Source: a virus
Strand: one strand, 5' to 3'
Length of the DNA: 64,000 nt
IMG/VR virus record: IMGVR_UViG_3300028549_003662
Coordinates: 32,001-96,000 of that record
Made by a program: the position numbers and the translations under genes. Shown piece after piece: positions 41,792 to 52,518 of this stretch. The notes beneath the pieces are model-generated. The model worked only from the letters and a program-made list of their open reading frames with translations, was not told the origin of the DNA and made no database searches. Each line of letters begins with the position of its first letter. The stretch's first letter is position 1.

Positions 41792-42712
41792 TTAGAATAT
41801 GCCATGACCGCCTCCCTGCAGGAAGCGCTCGACGTCGTCCCAACGTGTGGCGGCGATGGCGAGGTTGGCGCGATGCTGCTCCTCTTTGACCGCAACAGCA
41901 TCCCAGGCGTCGGCGTCGATGAGGTTGTCGATCTCGTCCGCGATGAGGGCGTCGATGACAGTGGGTTCCAGGGCATCAAGCTCCCAGGAACTGTCGCCGT
42001 AGAGGGTGCGGTAGCCGTCGGAGCGGCTGTCGCTGTCCTTGGCGGGGTTGGGCGGCGGACGGTACTGCTCGATCTGGTCGAAATTGAGGGCAAGGCGGCG
42101 CACCTCCACCTCCTCACCGGCGAACATGGCCAGCCGGTCGGTGTTGTCGCGTGTCATGTCGATCCCAGAGGGGTCGTGGTCGCCAAGGTGGAACACGATG
42201 GGGGTGAGGCCGCGCTGCAGCAGTGCTGCGAACCTGCTGCCCGCGCGCCACTGCTCGCTCTGGCTGGTGTAGCCGCGGCAGGCGAAGAAGGGGACACGGA
42301 AACGGCGGCACGCGGGTTCGATGACACCCACGAGGGCGTCCTTCTCGATCCACACTTCGGGGCGGTAGCGCTGCCCCTCCCAGAGGTCGAGGCAGAACTG
42401 ATCGGCAAGGGCGTGCATGACCTCGCTGGGGCTCTCCCAGGACGGTGAGGTGCGGACGTTGCGCGTGCGGTCCTCAATGGCCTCCCAGTCGATGAGACCC
42501 GCGAGGCGGCCGTCGTTGATGATGCCGCCGAGGCGCTTGTACTCGCTCTGTCGGTTCGGGACGATGTCGCGGGCCACGAACTGGTAGTAGAGCTGGCGCA
42601 GCGTCAGTGTGAAGCCCTGGCGGCGGTACTCCTCAATGATGATGTTCGCCGTCTCAATGACGGCCATGCTGCCGGGGTGGAAGCGCTTGGGGACGTACAA
42701 CTCACAGGCCAT
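41792..42712 (-). CDS. Toprim-domain protein, TopoVI-A/Spo11/JetD-like
   Basis: LTLRQLYYQ (winged-helix Tyr), EVWIEKDAL, RGYTS, LGDHDPSG (DxD), WELDAL. Confidence 0.8.
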   Translation of the reverse strand: MACELYVPKRFHPGSMAVIETANIIIEEYRRQGFTLTLRQLYYQFVARDIVPNRQSEYKRLGGIINDGRLAGLIDWEAIEDRTRNVRTSPSWESPSEVMHALADQFCLDLWEGQRYRPEVWIEKDALVGVIEPACRRFRVPFFACRGYTSQSEQWRAGSRFAALLQRGLTPIVFHLGDHDPSGIDMTRDNTDRLAMFAGEEVEVRRLALNFDQIEQYRPPPNPAKDSDSRSDGYRTLYGDSSWELDALEPTVIDALIADEIDNLIDADAWDAVAVKEEQHRANLAIAATRWDDVERFLQGGGHGIF

Positions 42713-43133
42713 GACCGGTTTCCTCCATGTCATCGACGAACTCAGCGAGGCTCGTCCACATGTTCTTCCCCTCGGAGTGTCCCTTTCCGGTGCTGTAGCA
42801 GCACTCCTTGGCGTTCGGGCAGGGGTCTTTGCGCGTGGGGCGGTTCAGGCAGGTCGCGCAGGCCAAGTTGTTCTTCAAGGTCGCGATGGCGCCGTCCTTG
42901 AGCCGGATCTCTTTGCCCAGGTCGGATATGACGACAAGGAGATCAGGGAAAACAACGAAAAGGCGCTCGCAGAGGTAGCGGTACGCGGTGACGTCCTTGT
43001 CAGGGAATGTGGCGCGGTCATGACAGGTGGCTTCGTAGCACCGGCAGAGATCCGCAAGTTCGATGTCGGTAATCATGGTGGGGTGCGCCTCCGGCCACGG
43101 TGTGGCCAATCAGGGTTAGGGTCGGGCTTCGAA

Positions 43134-43162
43134 ACGGCCGGGAGGAAGGGGCTCCCGGCCGT
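43134..43162 (-). terminator. intergenic hairpin, possible weak terminator
   Basis: 11-bp stem ACGGCCGGGAG/CTCCCGGCCGT, short U-run on the minus strand. Confidence 0.45.
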
Positions 43163-43520
43163 ACATATTTTGGTCTTTTACGCGGAATTTTACGGCCTGT
43201 CAAGGACGTTTTTGCTGATTTTCCACCTTCCATACCATATATGGCCGTCCCAGGTGTGCGGGCCGCTCTCGACCACTACCGGGCCGTCGAAGAGGGCGTC
43301 GCACGTCCATTGCAGCACGCATTCGATGGCGCGGCGCAGGGCGTGGTCGTGCATCTTCTTTCCGGCGAGCCGCATGCAGTACATCTCAAAGAAGAGGCGG
43401 CTCAGTGCCTGGATGAGAGCTCGCGCCGGAGCGGCAATGACGAAGTGCACGATGAGGGCGGTGATTACCACCCACACCGCGATGCCTGACCATTGTAGAA
43501 ACGCCGCCAGCGTCATTTCA

Positions 43521-44243
43521 TTACTCCACAGGGCACTTGAAGGTGAGGTGCGACATCAGCGGAGCATACGCCGCCACGGCGGCAATCCACTGCACGTGCT
43601 TGTTCGCGCCGTTGATGACCCCGCCGAGGATGTTTTCGAGGACATTGACGTGCACGCTTCCTTCGCCATTCGGGCACACCATCGAAGCGTCGAAGATGTT
43701 GCGGTGGTAGGCACGCACGTAGACGGTGTTGGTGCCCTCGTCGTAGGCGAAGATCTCCCAATGCGGGACGCTGATGCCGGCGTACTCAAACAGGACGTCG
43801 TTGGCGGCCTTCTCGACGCCGGCGGCGTCGGTGCGCGAGATCGCAGCAGTCTTCGAGGGGAAGCGCATGCGGCCGTCCTTGGTGCGATGCAGCATGTACA
43901 TCTTCCCCTGGGGGTCGGCGAGCACGACGGCAATGGTCATATCGCCGGGTTTGGGCAGCATGCTGTCCTCGGCAATCAAGCTCGACGTGTACACGACGGG
44001 CTCGGTCGTCCCCGCCATAGCCACAGCGGCGCTGGTGAGGGTTTCGCGCAACACATCGGACTGGTCGCCGACACTGAGGACGGAGGGCGAGATGGTGACG
44101 TCGTCAGTGATCTCTTCGTCGCCGATGAACTCCAGGCCATAGGTGTCAAGGCTGGCGAGACTCGGAGCCTCCGTGGTGTCCTTGCTTTTGCTTTCTTCAG
44201 GACGGCGTATCTTGGCCATTTTCGTACTCCTCGATGGCCGCAA
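43521..44243 (-). CDS. hypothetical protein with degenerate Nudix-like C-terminal region
   Basis: VVLADPQGKMYMLHRTKDGRMRFP...AANDVLFEYAGI echoes Nudix topology but lacks the REUxEE box. Confidence 0.4.
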   Translation of the reverse strand: MRPSRSTKMAKIRRPEESKSKDTTEAPSLASLDTYGLEFIGDEEITDDVTISPSVLSVGDQSDVLRETLTSAAVAMAGTTEPVVYTSSLIAEDSMLPKPGDMTIAVVLADPQGKMYMLHRTKDGRMRFPSKTAAISRTDAAGVEKAANDVLFEYAGISVPHWEIFAYDEGTNTVYVRAYHRNIFDASMVCPNGEGSVHVNVLENILGGVINGANKHVQWIAAVAAYAPLMSHLTFKCPVE

Positions 44244-45847
44244 GTCCGGCCGGTTTGATGGTGACTAAAGGGTTCCCGTATTCGTCACTGCCATGCCACA
44301 CCAGCCCCTTGTTGTGCAAGCGGGTGCTCCACCGGCTCGCGAGCATCCCCAGGCCCTGGGCGTTGCTGCCTCTGCTGCCGCCTCTGAGGTTGAACACGAC
44401 GCCTCCGAGTGCTGAGTTGCCGCGTACGCCGCGGATGCCACCGGTGGCGACGTGCTTCAGGAACTTGTACACGAAAGGGGAGATCATGGCTTCTCCTGCG
44501 GCGCGACGAGCTCCCCTACCTCAGTGAGGTGGTAGAGCTTGCGGCTGTCGCGGTAGACGTAGCCCTTGCTTTCCAGAAACAGCAGCGTCTGCCGCACGTT
44601 TGTCCGGGACACGCGGCTGATCTCCGCGATTGTCGCCGCTATGCCACGCCTCTTCAGCTCAGCCATGATCCGCAACGTGGCGATGGAGCGCTTCCGCAGC
44701 GCCCCTGCATCTTTGCGCGCGGGCTTCGGGGGGATATCCAACGGCGCGCCCCCGAAGTTCAACGCCTGCAACTCCGCTATCCGCCCCTGCAGCTTCAACA
44801 GCAGACGCGCTCGTTTGGCGTACGCATCCGCAACGGCGGCCTCATGGTTGTCGAGGCAGTCGTACTTGCGGACCTTGCGCGCTTTCCCGCGCACGTACAC
44901 CTCGTAGTACATCGTGCCGTTCACTATCCGCAGCAACGGCGCCTGGATGATGCCGTGGGTGCGCCACCACGTGGTTACGAAGACGTCAGGCATAGCATCT
45001 CATCCAACTCGACACGTTCTTCATTGCGCGCATTCTCGGCCTCGTACTCGATGTCCAGGCAGCGTTGGCAGCGCATGATCGCAGGGTTGCGGGTCATCTC
45101 CTGCACGCCGCGCTCCAGGACTTGGAAGGTCAGCGTGCAGGCGTAGTTGAAGGGCTTGTCCTTCTCGTACATGAAGGGGCAGTTGCTGGCGCAGCACTGG
45201 CTGTAGTACCGTGGGAGGACGTAGCCGAGATCCTCATACGCGCTTTGCTGCGCCGCGAAATGCGCGATGTCGTCCTTCTTGCCCTCCAGCCACGCCTTGA
45301 CCTTCTTGATATTGGCGCGTTCTTCGGGCTTGCACGTGCACTGCGCGGTGATGCAGCCGCAGATGCTGCAGATCGGGGCGCTCGCCGACAGATCCGCTAC
45401 GGTGGCCTGTGCGGAGTTGTACTGATGGATGAGCCGATGCAGCAGCCGCACCGGCACCACGATGCGCTCCAGGCTCTTGGCGAGCGCAATCTGTGTCTTG
45501 ACCTGCAGATCCTCTACCTCAGTGGGGCTGATGCCCATTCCGAAGCTCATACCAACCACCCCTCGTAGGCGCGCGACCTGGCGTCGAAGCGCTTCTGTAC
45601 GATGTCACCGGCATTGATGCGGCCGTCGTTGAGTGCCGCCACGATGCGCTTGGCCAAGTCCTCGGCGCGCTTAGGGTCCGCAGCGTCACCGACGACACGG
45701 AAGAGCACCTTGCCGCGCTTCTTCGCGTGCGGGTTCCCATTCACGGCCACCCAGGGGAACACCCCCAGGCTGAACGTGCCCTGGTTGGGGGTGATAGTCC
45801 TTCCGCCACGCGGCGCCCAGGCCCCGGCGTACCCGAACTGAATGTCA

Positions 45848-46648
45848 TCAACCATGCCGGAACTCCTTCAAGCGTTCGTAGCGCGCGCGGAGTTCTTCCA
45901 GTTCCGACACGGTCGCTTTGACCGCAAACGCGGTCATATTCTGCTCGCGCTCATTGGTGCGCAGGGTGTGCTCGCGCTTGTAGATCTCGCGCAGCAGCAC
46001 AAGCTCGGCGGTGACGGCAGTCAAGTCCTGGCGCACGTCAGCAGTGCCACCGAATGCTGCAGACGCCGCCACTTTGTCGTGCACGTGCACGACAGGCGTT
46101 TCCGCCAGGACGTCGCGCAGCAGTTCAACATGCTTGATGATGGTGTCGCAGTCCGTGCTGCGCTGCAGCCACCCCCAAAGCATCGCGCATTCGCTCATCT
46201 GGCTGTGCATCATGCTCTTCAACCACTCCACGCGCCCCAGAGGGCCGCTGTCGCGCCAATCCTTGGACGGGCTGAAGTCGTCGGGTAGCGCGGCGGCGAT
46301 ATTACCGAGCAGGGTGTTGGTGTTGTTGTGGACGTAGCGGTACTCGACACCGCGGTTGCCCCAACTGATGAGGAACTCCAGGAGCTCTACAACCTGGCGC
46401 GAGGACTCCTCAACAGGCATGTTCGCCCCCAGGGGAACGCCCTGCAAGATCTCCGCGAAGACATCGCGGTTGCTCTCGGTGACGTCGGTGTGCGCGCCCA
46501 GGCAGAAATTGTGCTTCTCGAACTGCGCTTTCGGGCACCACGAGGTGTAGCCGTCGGGGTAGACGACGGTGTAGCCGGGCTGACCATCTTTGCTTTCGTG
46601 GAACGCGCTGACGCACTTCACGCCGATGTAAAACTGTGTCTGGCTCAT
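45848..46648 (-). CDS. phage protein with N-terminal YIGxK...GYxVxYPDGYxSWxP domain
   Basis: YIGVKCVSA...PGYTVVYPDGYTSWCPKAQFEK; AGGAG SD. Confidence 0.65.
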   Translation of the reverse strand: MSQTQFYIGVKCVSAFHESKDGQPGYTVVYPDGYTSWCPKAQFEKHNFCLGAHTDVTESNRDVFAEILQGVPLGANMPVEESSRQVVELLEFLISWGNRGVEYRYVHNNTNTLLGNIAAALPDDFSPSKDWRDSGPLGRVEWLKSMMHSQMSECAMLWGWLQRSTDCDTIIKHVELLRDVLAETPVVHVHDKVAASAAFGGTADVRQDLTAVTAELVLLREIYKREHTLRTNEREQNMTAFAVKATVSELEELRARYERLKEFRHG

Positions 46649-46669
46649 GTCGGTCTCCTTCTTCAGGGG

Positions 46670-47134
46670 TTAGTAGGTGATGTTGGGCTTCACGAGGCGC
46701 GCGCCTTTGAGGCCCACTTCGAGCAGTTTCGAGTACCCGTAGTCGTGGCAGACCCATCTTCCGTCCAGGATGCCCCAGTTGCGGTAGAAGACGTCGGTGA
46801 AGAAGTTGGGGATGCTCTTCGGGAACGGCGGATCGTTCTTTCCGGGCTCGCGCGTGCGCGTCATCACCAGGGCGCGGCCCAGCGGGGAGATGAAGTGCAC
46901 CGGTGCGAACCACTTCGCCCAGATGCTGTCTCTCGCGGTGAGCCAGATGCTGTGCTCGTAGCAGTTGTGGAAGGTGGACGCACATTCTATCTTTACCACC
47001 CACTTCTCGTTGGGGCGGTAGACGTAGACCTCACGCGTCCCGCCTTCCCCGATGCGGTCGGAGAAGAGGAGCTGGTTGATGTCGGCCTGCAGGTCAGGCT
47101 TCCAGTTCAGGTATTCCTGGTGGCTCACTGGCAT
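46670..47134 (-). CDS. minimal protein-kinase-like protein
   Basis: IGEGGTREVY (Gly loop), VVKIE (beta3 Lys), helix Glu, DVFYRNWG (catalytic loop), HDYG (DFG equivalent); start MPVSHQ. Confidence 0.65.
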   Translation of the reverse strand: MPVSHQEYLNWKPDLQADINQLLFSDRIGEGGTREVYVYRPNEKWVVKIECASTFHNCYEHSIWLTARDSIWAKWFAPVHFISPLGRALVMTRTREPGKNDPPFPKSIPNFFTDVFYRNWGILDGRWVCHDYGYSKLLEVGLKGARLVKPNITY

Positions 47135-47659
47135 ATGCAAGCCGCCTCTGCAGCACACTTCCCCACGTAGGAGGAGGTGATGTAGCAGGCCAGTCCGACG
47201 GCCACCGGGTACCCCATCATGGGGCCGATGACGTAGAAGCCGTAGAGACCACATCCGAGACTGAACAGCAGGATGGTGACGAACACCATGAACTGGCACA
47301 GCGAGGGCTGCGCGCGCAGGACATTCACCAAGTTGAAGTGCCCCTCGACGACGAATGCCTGCGGGCACTCTACGCGCGTGGAGCGCACTCTGGCCTCGTG
47401 GACGATGGGGCGGCGGGTACCGCGGCAGAGCTTGCGCCGGCGGATATGCGCGCAGCAAAAGACGTTCAAGTTCTTCATCAGATGCGCTCCTCGATGACGT
47501 AGCCGGAGAGGCCACCAATCATGGCTCCAAAAAATACAACAACGGCGAACACGAGCTGGGTTGCATGCGGTGCGAGGAGCAGCACGAAGCCACCAAAAAT
47601 AACGCCATCGAGGACAGTCCCGATAAGGCAGAAGAAGTCGCCGCGCAGGCTGACCTTGC

Positions 47660-48217
47660 TCATTCCGCGACCTTCTTTCTGCAGATTTCCTCGTAAGCGA
47701 AGCGCACGACGTCCTCCACGGTGGCTGCCTCGAAGATGCTACGGTCGCCGCTGTCAGAGGTCAGGAACACGCCCCATCCCTTCCCGTAAGGCGCCAAGTG
47801 CATATGTGTGGTGCCGTCCGTCGCTTTGTCGAGCTTCTCCTTGATATCCTCCAGCATGTTGTGGATGTAGGAGGTGGGGGTGCGCTGCGCCTGCGGAGGG
47901 TTGGCGAATATGACGGTGCACGGCGTCGGGAACTCTTCCAAGTCCTGGTGGCGCGTGAAGTGGCGCATCTTCGCCGCCTTGTTCTGCATGGCCCGGCACA
48001 GCAGGTCCACCTGCAGGTCGCCGCAGGCCACCATGAGCTCGACGACGTAGAGGGCGTCGCCGACCTCCTTATGCAGCAGCATGTGGTTGGTGGTGTGCGC
48101 GGGGTCGTTGGCATCAAAGGCGTCCGGCCCGAAGCGGTGGATCTTCTGAACGATATGGCCGACCTCACACGCTTCTTCGGTGAGGTAGTGCAAGCGTTCG
48201 TCGCTGGAAGCGCTCAT
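47660..48217 (-). CDS. MazG-like nucleotide pyrophosphohydrolase domain protein
   Basis: LTEEACEV...KIHRFG...KEVGDAL (EExxE...ExxD). Confidence 0.7.
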   Translation of the reverse strand: MSASSDERLHYLTEEACEVGHIVQKIHRFGPDAFDANDPAHTTNHMLLHKEVGDALYVVELMVACGDLQVDLLCRAMQNKAAKMRHFTRHQDLEEFPTPCTVIFANPPQAQRTPTSYIHNMLEDIKEKLDKATDGTTHMHLAPYGKGWGVFLTSDSGDRSIFEAATVEDVVRFAYEEICRKKVAE

Positions 48218-50884
48218 TTCGTGTGCTCCTTCAGGGCCTTCGCGCCCATGTCAGAAATGATGATGTCGCATTTTCCGCAGCCAAACTCGCTCTTGATATT
48301 CATCCGCTTGGCGAGGCCGACACGGATCAGGCTATCGAAGATGCGTTTCGCGAACACGCCATATTTGTGAGGCGGCTTGACGTGGTAGACCTCCGTGGTG
48401 TTGCGCCGGAACGGTGTCGGGTACCACTCGCAGATTACGAGACCAGCATCCACGACCTTCAGGGCGTCAATGGCGCGCTTGGTGAGTGCGCTCATAACGG
48501 CAACTCCTTGAGGATCATGCCCTCTTCGGGCGCCGCTGCGACTTCCAATGCACGCTGCTTCGCCGAGAACGCTTCCGCGCGCTTCTTGAACGCACCCAGG
48601 AAGCTCTCCATGATGGGGACTTCGCCGCGCTCCCAGGCCTGCACGAACCCGAAACGCTCTTCGACAGGTGCCAGCAGCTCCGGCACGCAGCACGAGAAGT
48701 CGGGGCAGCACTCGTCGCTGTCGGGGTTGTGGGTGGGAGTGCCATCCAGCCACAGTTTAAGCTGTTCGCCGCCGTTCATCGTCATGCTTGTTCTCCCGCG
48801 GCGGTGAAGCCGCATTCGTAGAGGAAGTGTTGTCCGACGGGTGAACCCAGCCATATCATGACTTGGCGCACAACGGCCGCATCACGGGCGGTCATTTCTC
48901 CGTTGGGGAAATTGAACCTGTTGGCGAGCAGGACCGGGAGCACACCGGCGTATTCGGGGTTCTCCCACGTCTCGCAGACCTTCTTCTCCATCTTCGTTGT
49001 GGGCTTGCGCCGCAATGCCGCTGTGGCGGCATTGCCGTACCGGGCTTCGATCATCGCTTCCAGAGTGCCACGATGCATCAGCGGCGTGCCGCCGTTGTGG
49101 AGGATGTCGACGCGCTTCCCGCATGTTGGGCAGCACACGATGTACTCCCGCTCTTCTACGTACGCTTTCGAGCTCCCGCACCACACACAGATGTTGATGA
49201 CCTTGCTCATGTTTAAGCTCCGTGGCGGTTCGCGGCTTCCCACAGCGGCTGCATGTTCTCCGTCGGCCCCTCAGCGGGTGTGGCTTCGCGCTTGTCCGCA
49301 GCGATGCGGTAGTGCTTGCGCTCCAGCGCCATGATGCGCCCGCTGTCGAACACCACCGCTCCGTACCCTGTAGCGACCGCATAGACGTTGCCAATCTTGT
49401 AGCCGAGCTCCAGGATCGAAGCGTAGATGGTGTCCCAGTTGGGGTCGAAGGCTGCGATCCTGGGAAAGGTTTCCGCGGGGTACATGAAGTTCGCTGCACC
49501 CACCGGGGACTGGCTGAACTCACACACCAGCCGGATGTTGGCCTCGCGCAGGAGGTTGTAAGCGACGGTGTTGTCGCCACCTCCGAGGGCCTCATCGAGG
49601 TGCTTGGAATACACGTTGTTCCAGAACGGCGGACGGTGCCGCGCCAAGATGATGATGGCGTTGCTCTTCCAGTTCTTCTTGTCGTGTATCGCGATGAGGT
49701 GGGTCTCGGCGTCGAACTTGGTGAACGCGGCGCCGACAAGCGTCAGCACGCGCTCCTGCGTGGGGTGCTGCGCCATCTCGGCGTAGAACTCCTTGCAGTA
49801 GAAGAATTGCTCGTAAAAGCGTTCAAAGCGCATCATTTCTTGATCTCCTGTACGGCTTGCTCGCCCTTCGCTGTAAGGGCGATGTAATGGAAGGAAAAGC
49901 GGTAGTGCAGCGGCAGCATGATCCCCCCGGCGGCGATGAAGCCACGCTGGTTGAGAATGCTCAGCGTGCGGTGGCGGAACGGGAACCCCAACCAAAGCGG
50001 CTCCTTCCACTCCGCGCACAACATCACCGTGGCGGCATGCGTCTGCAAGTTGCGCGCGATGAAGCGCAAGGCGCGCAACTGCGTCACGGAGAACGACTTG
50101 GCGGTCACGTCCGCACCATATCCTTCAAGTTTATGGCGGCCGTCTGCTTCACACAGGGGAGGATGAGCTTGGCGAAGCTGCGGCCGGTCTTCGTGCACAC
50201 CTTCGCCGTCATCGTGGCGTGGTTGCCCTCCATGTCCTCGACACCGATCTCCAACTCCTGCAGCGCAGGGTAGAAGACGCAAGAAAGGAGGAACTCAGGC
50301 CGCGTGTGGCGGTCAGTGAGCGCCAGGGCGTCTTCGAGGTCGATTTGCGCGTTGGACAGCGCGTCCATGCGCGCCCTGGGGACGCCCATGCCGTGCCGGT
50401 GCCGCGCCGTGACCTGCGTGAGCCGCGGAAGGAAGCGGTCGACCGCGTTCTCCAAGCTCTCTACGCGGCAGAACGGGCAGGGCTCGGCAGAACTCAGCGG
50501 CGTCCACGCGCGCGAGCACCGCGTGCAAGTAGTGTTCTTGCGGGTGGCAGTCATTGTAGAGCGCCCTCACTGCTTGTCGCCGGTGTTGTAGACCCGGCCT
50601 TCAATGAGGGACAGGCGAAACTCAAGTTCCTTGACGGTCTCGGTGTTGGCAGCCGTGGCGTTGACGGCTGTGGTGAGCATCTGCACGGACTGCATGTTGT
50701 TCGCAGACATGTGCTCCACCATAATTATGGAGCGGTAGCTGACCCAGATGGACAAGATAAAGGCGACCATAAACAACATGCCCAGGATGGTGCTCCATGA
50801 AGCATTCAGCTCACGCTTTGCGGCCATAACTCCCTCTCTGAATTTGATTGCTCTTACAAGGTACTTGCGCACATCGCGCACACA

Positions 50885-51238
50885 TCAGGTTCGCTTTACA
50901 ATCACGTACGAACCGTCTTCAATCTCTAAAATTCGCCGTATACATACGTCGGCTTTTGAGATGTCAACATGCACGTTACAGCAGAAGATGTCAACCGTCA
51001 GTCGCTCAAATTCTGGAAAAGAATGGATGGAAATGTGTGATTCGCTGATGATGGCGATGGAGGTGACACCAATGGGCGTGAATTTGTGGGAGAAGACCTT
51101 GATGATCTTGCTTCCGATGGCATCGGAAATACGTTCGACAAGATATTCGAGAGCGGCGACGTTGTCGAGGGCGCGCAAGCTGCGCTGCGAGGCCGTGCTG
51201 ATGCGGTAGCTGCCGAGGAGGTTGTTTCCGATGGTCAT
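50885..51238 (-). CDS. speD: S-adenosylmethionine decarboxylase proenzyme (pyruvoyl)
   Basis: HKFTPIGVT...ISESHISIHSFPE...VDIFCC; E|SH autocleavage motif. Confidence 0.88.
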   Translation of the reverse strand: MTIGNNLLGSYRISTASQRSLRALDNVAALEYLVERISDAIGSKIIKVFSHKFTPIGVTSIAIISESHISIHSFPEFERLTVDIFCCNVHVDISKADVCIRRILEIEDGSYVIVKRT

Positions 51239-51327
51239 GTTGTTTCCGTGCTGGCGGGCAATAGGGAGTTGGATTGGGAAGGGGCTGACTTCTTTGTTTC
51301 TGCCGCGCCCATTGCCCGCCAGGTCGT

Positions 51328-51480
51328 TTAACCGAAGGCAGCGATGCCCAGGGCGGGGGTGAGGACGCGGTCCTTGTGCTCCTGCTGCTTGCCCTGGTTC
51401 CAGGCCCCTACGGGGCGGTAGTACCCGGTGACGCGAGCATAGGTGCCGGTGGTGCGAATCATCTTTTTACCTCTGACCAT
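51328..51480 (-). CDS. stand-alone NrdD glycyl-radical domain peptide (50 aa; absent from the ORF track)
   Basis: AAGGAGGG SD, then MVRGKKMIRTTGTYARVTGYYRPVGAWNQGKQQEHKDRVLTPALGIAAFG; RVTGYxRPVxxWNxGKxxExxDR is the class III RNR C-terminal signature. Confidence 0.9.
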   Translation of the reverse strand: MVRGKKMIRTTGTYARVTGYYRPVGAWNQGKQQEHKDRVLTPALGIAAFG

Positions 51481-51497
51481 GATTGTAATCCCCTCCT

Positions 51498-51941
51498 TTA
51501 GACGGTTTTGCCAGTGCTGCCGAGGCCGCCAGCACCACGAGCAGTTGCGGGAAGCTCATCGACCTCTTCGAAGACACCCTGGGCGACGGGGACGATCATC
51601 ATCTGAGCAACGCGTTCGCCGTGCTCGACGCGGCAGCCGTTGGGGCGGTCGGTCCACAAACCAAGGGTGATTTCGCCACGGAAATCATAGTCAATGACGC
51701 CGATCTGGTTGCTCAGCTTGAGGCCTTCGTTGATCCCCTTGCCGCTGCGCACGGCGATGATGCCGACGTAGCCTTCAGGTATGGCGACGGCGATGCCGGT
51801 GCTGACCTTGATGGGGGAGCCCGGCATGATGTTCTCGCAGCAGCGGGTGAGGATGGCCTGCAGGTCGAAGGCGGCGCTGCCATCGGTCTTGTAGGTGGGG
51901 ATGACGGCATCGGCGTGCATGAGCTTGATTTGGATGTTCAC
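51498..51941 (-). CDS. dut: trimeric dUTPase
   Basis: SAAFDL, RSG, GVIDYDFRGEI, RVAQM, RGAGGLGSTG. Confidence 0.95.
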   Translation of the reverse strand: MNIQIKLMHADAVIPTYKTDGSAAFDLQAILTRCCENIMPGSPIKVSTGIAVAIPEGYVGIIAVRSGKGINEGLKLSNQIGVIDYDFRGEITLGLWTDRPNGCRVEHGERVAQMMIVPVAQGVFEEVDELPATARGAGGLGSTGKTV

Positions 51942-52516
51942 TATTTGTCTCCTTCAATGGGTTTGATGACGTTGAGCCGCCATCCGTCGATGGCGAACTT
52001 GTCCTTGAGGAAGTCGAGGGTTCCGAAGCGTTCCGCGCGCGCCCCCATGTAGTCAACGACGCGAAGCTCCTTGTAGGTGGCGCTCTTGCAGCCGAACAGC
52101 ATGATGTCGAGCAAGCGCTGCCGGTACTGGCCAAGATTGCGGACGCCGTCATTGGTGGTCTTCACAGACAGCACGACGCTGTCGAAGACATCGCGGAATC
52201 CATTCAGGCCGTTCGTGTGCAGCGCCATGCTACGCCCCTCGGCCATGAAGTGGTCAGTGGCGGCTTGGAACCCTACAAGGTTCGCTGTGGGCTCGCCCCC
52301 GGAGAAGACGACGGCCACGCGGTTGCCCATCATGGCGGCGTCGGTCTTCTTCAGGGCGGCACTCACATCCTCAAGGTCGTACACGGGGCGCCCACCCACG
52401 ACGCGCTGGTTGTAGCAGTACGGGCAACTCAGGTTGCAGCCGTTGAAGAACAACGTGGCGGCCAAGCGGTTCGGGTAATCGACAAACCCGAAAACGAAGT
52501 CGTGGATGAACTTCAC
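51941..52516 (-). CDS. nrdG: anaerobic RNR activating enzyme (radical SAM)
   Basis: DYPNRLAATLFFNGCNLSCPYCYN, FSGGEPT, LHTNG; adjacent to nrdD. Confidence 0.9.
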   Translation of the reverse strand: MKFIHDFVFGFVDYPNRLAATLFFNGCNLSCPYCYNQRVVGGRPVYDLEDVSAALKKTDAAMMGNRVAVVFSGGEPTANLVGFQAATDHFMAEGRSMALHTNGLNGFRDVFDSVVLSVKTTNDGVRNLGQYRQRLLDIMLFGCKSATYKELRVVDYMGARAERFGTLDFLKDKFAIDGWRLNVIKPIEGDK

Positions 52517-52518
52517 GG

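Noticed and set aside
43125-43170. GAAAC-stem-GTA on the plus strand resembling a hammerhead stem III
   Set aside because: No CUGAnGA on either side, and it is antisense to transcription; treated as a plain hairpin.
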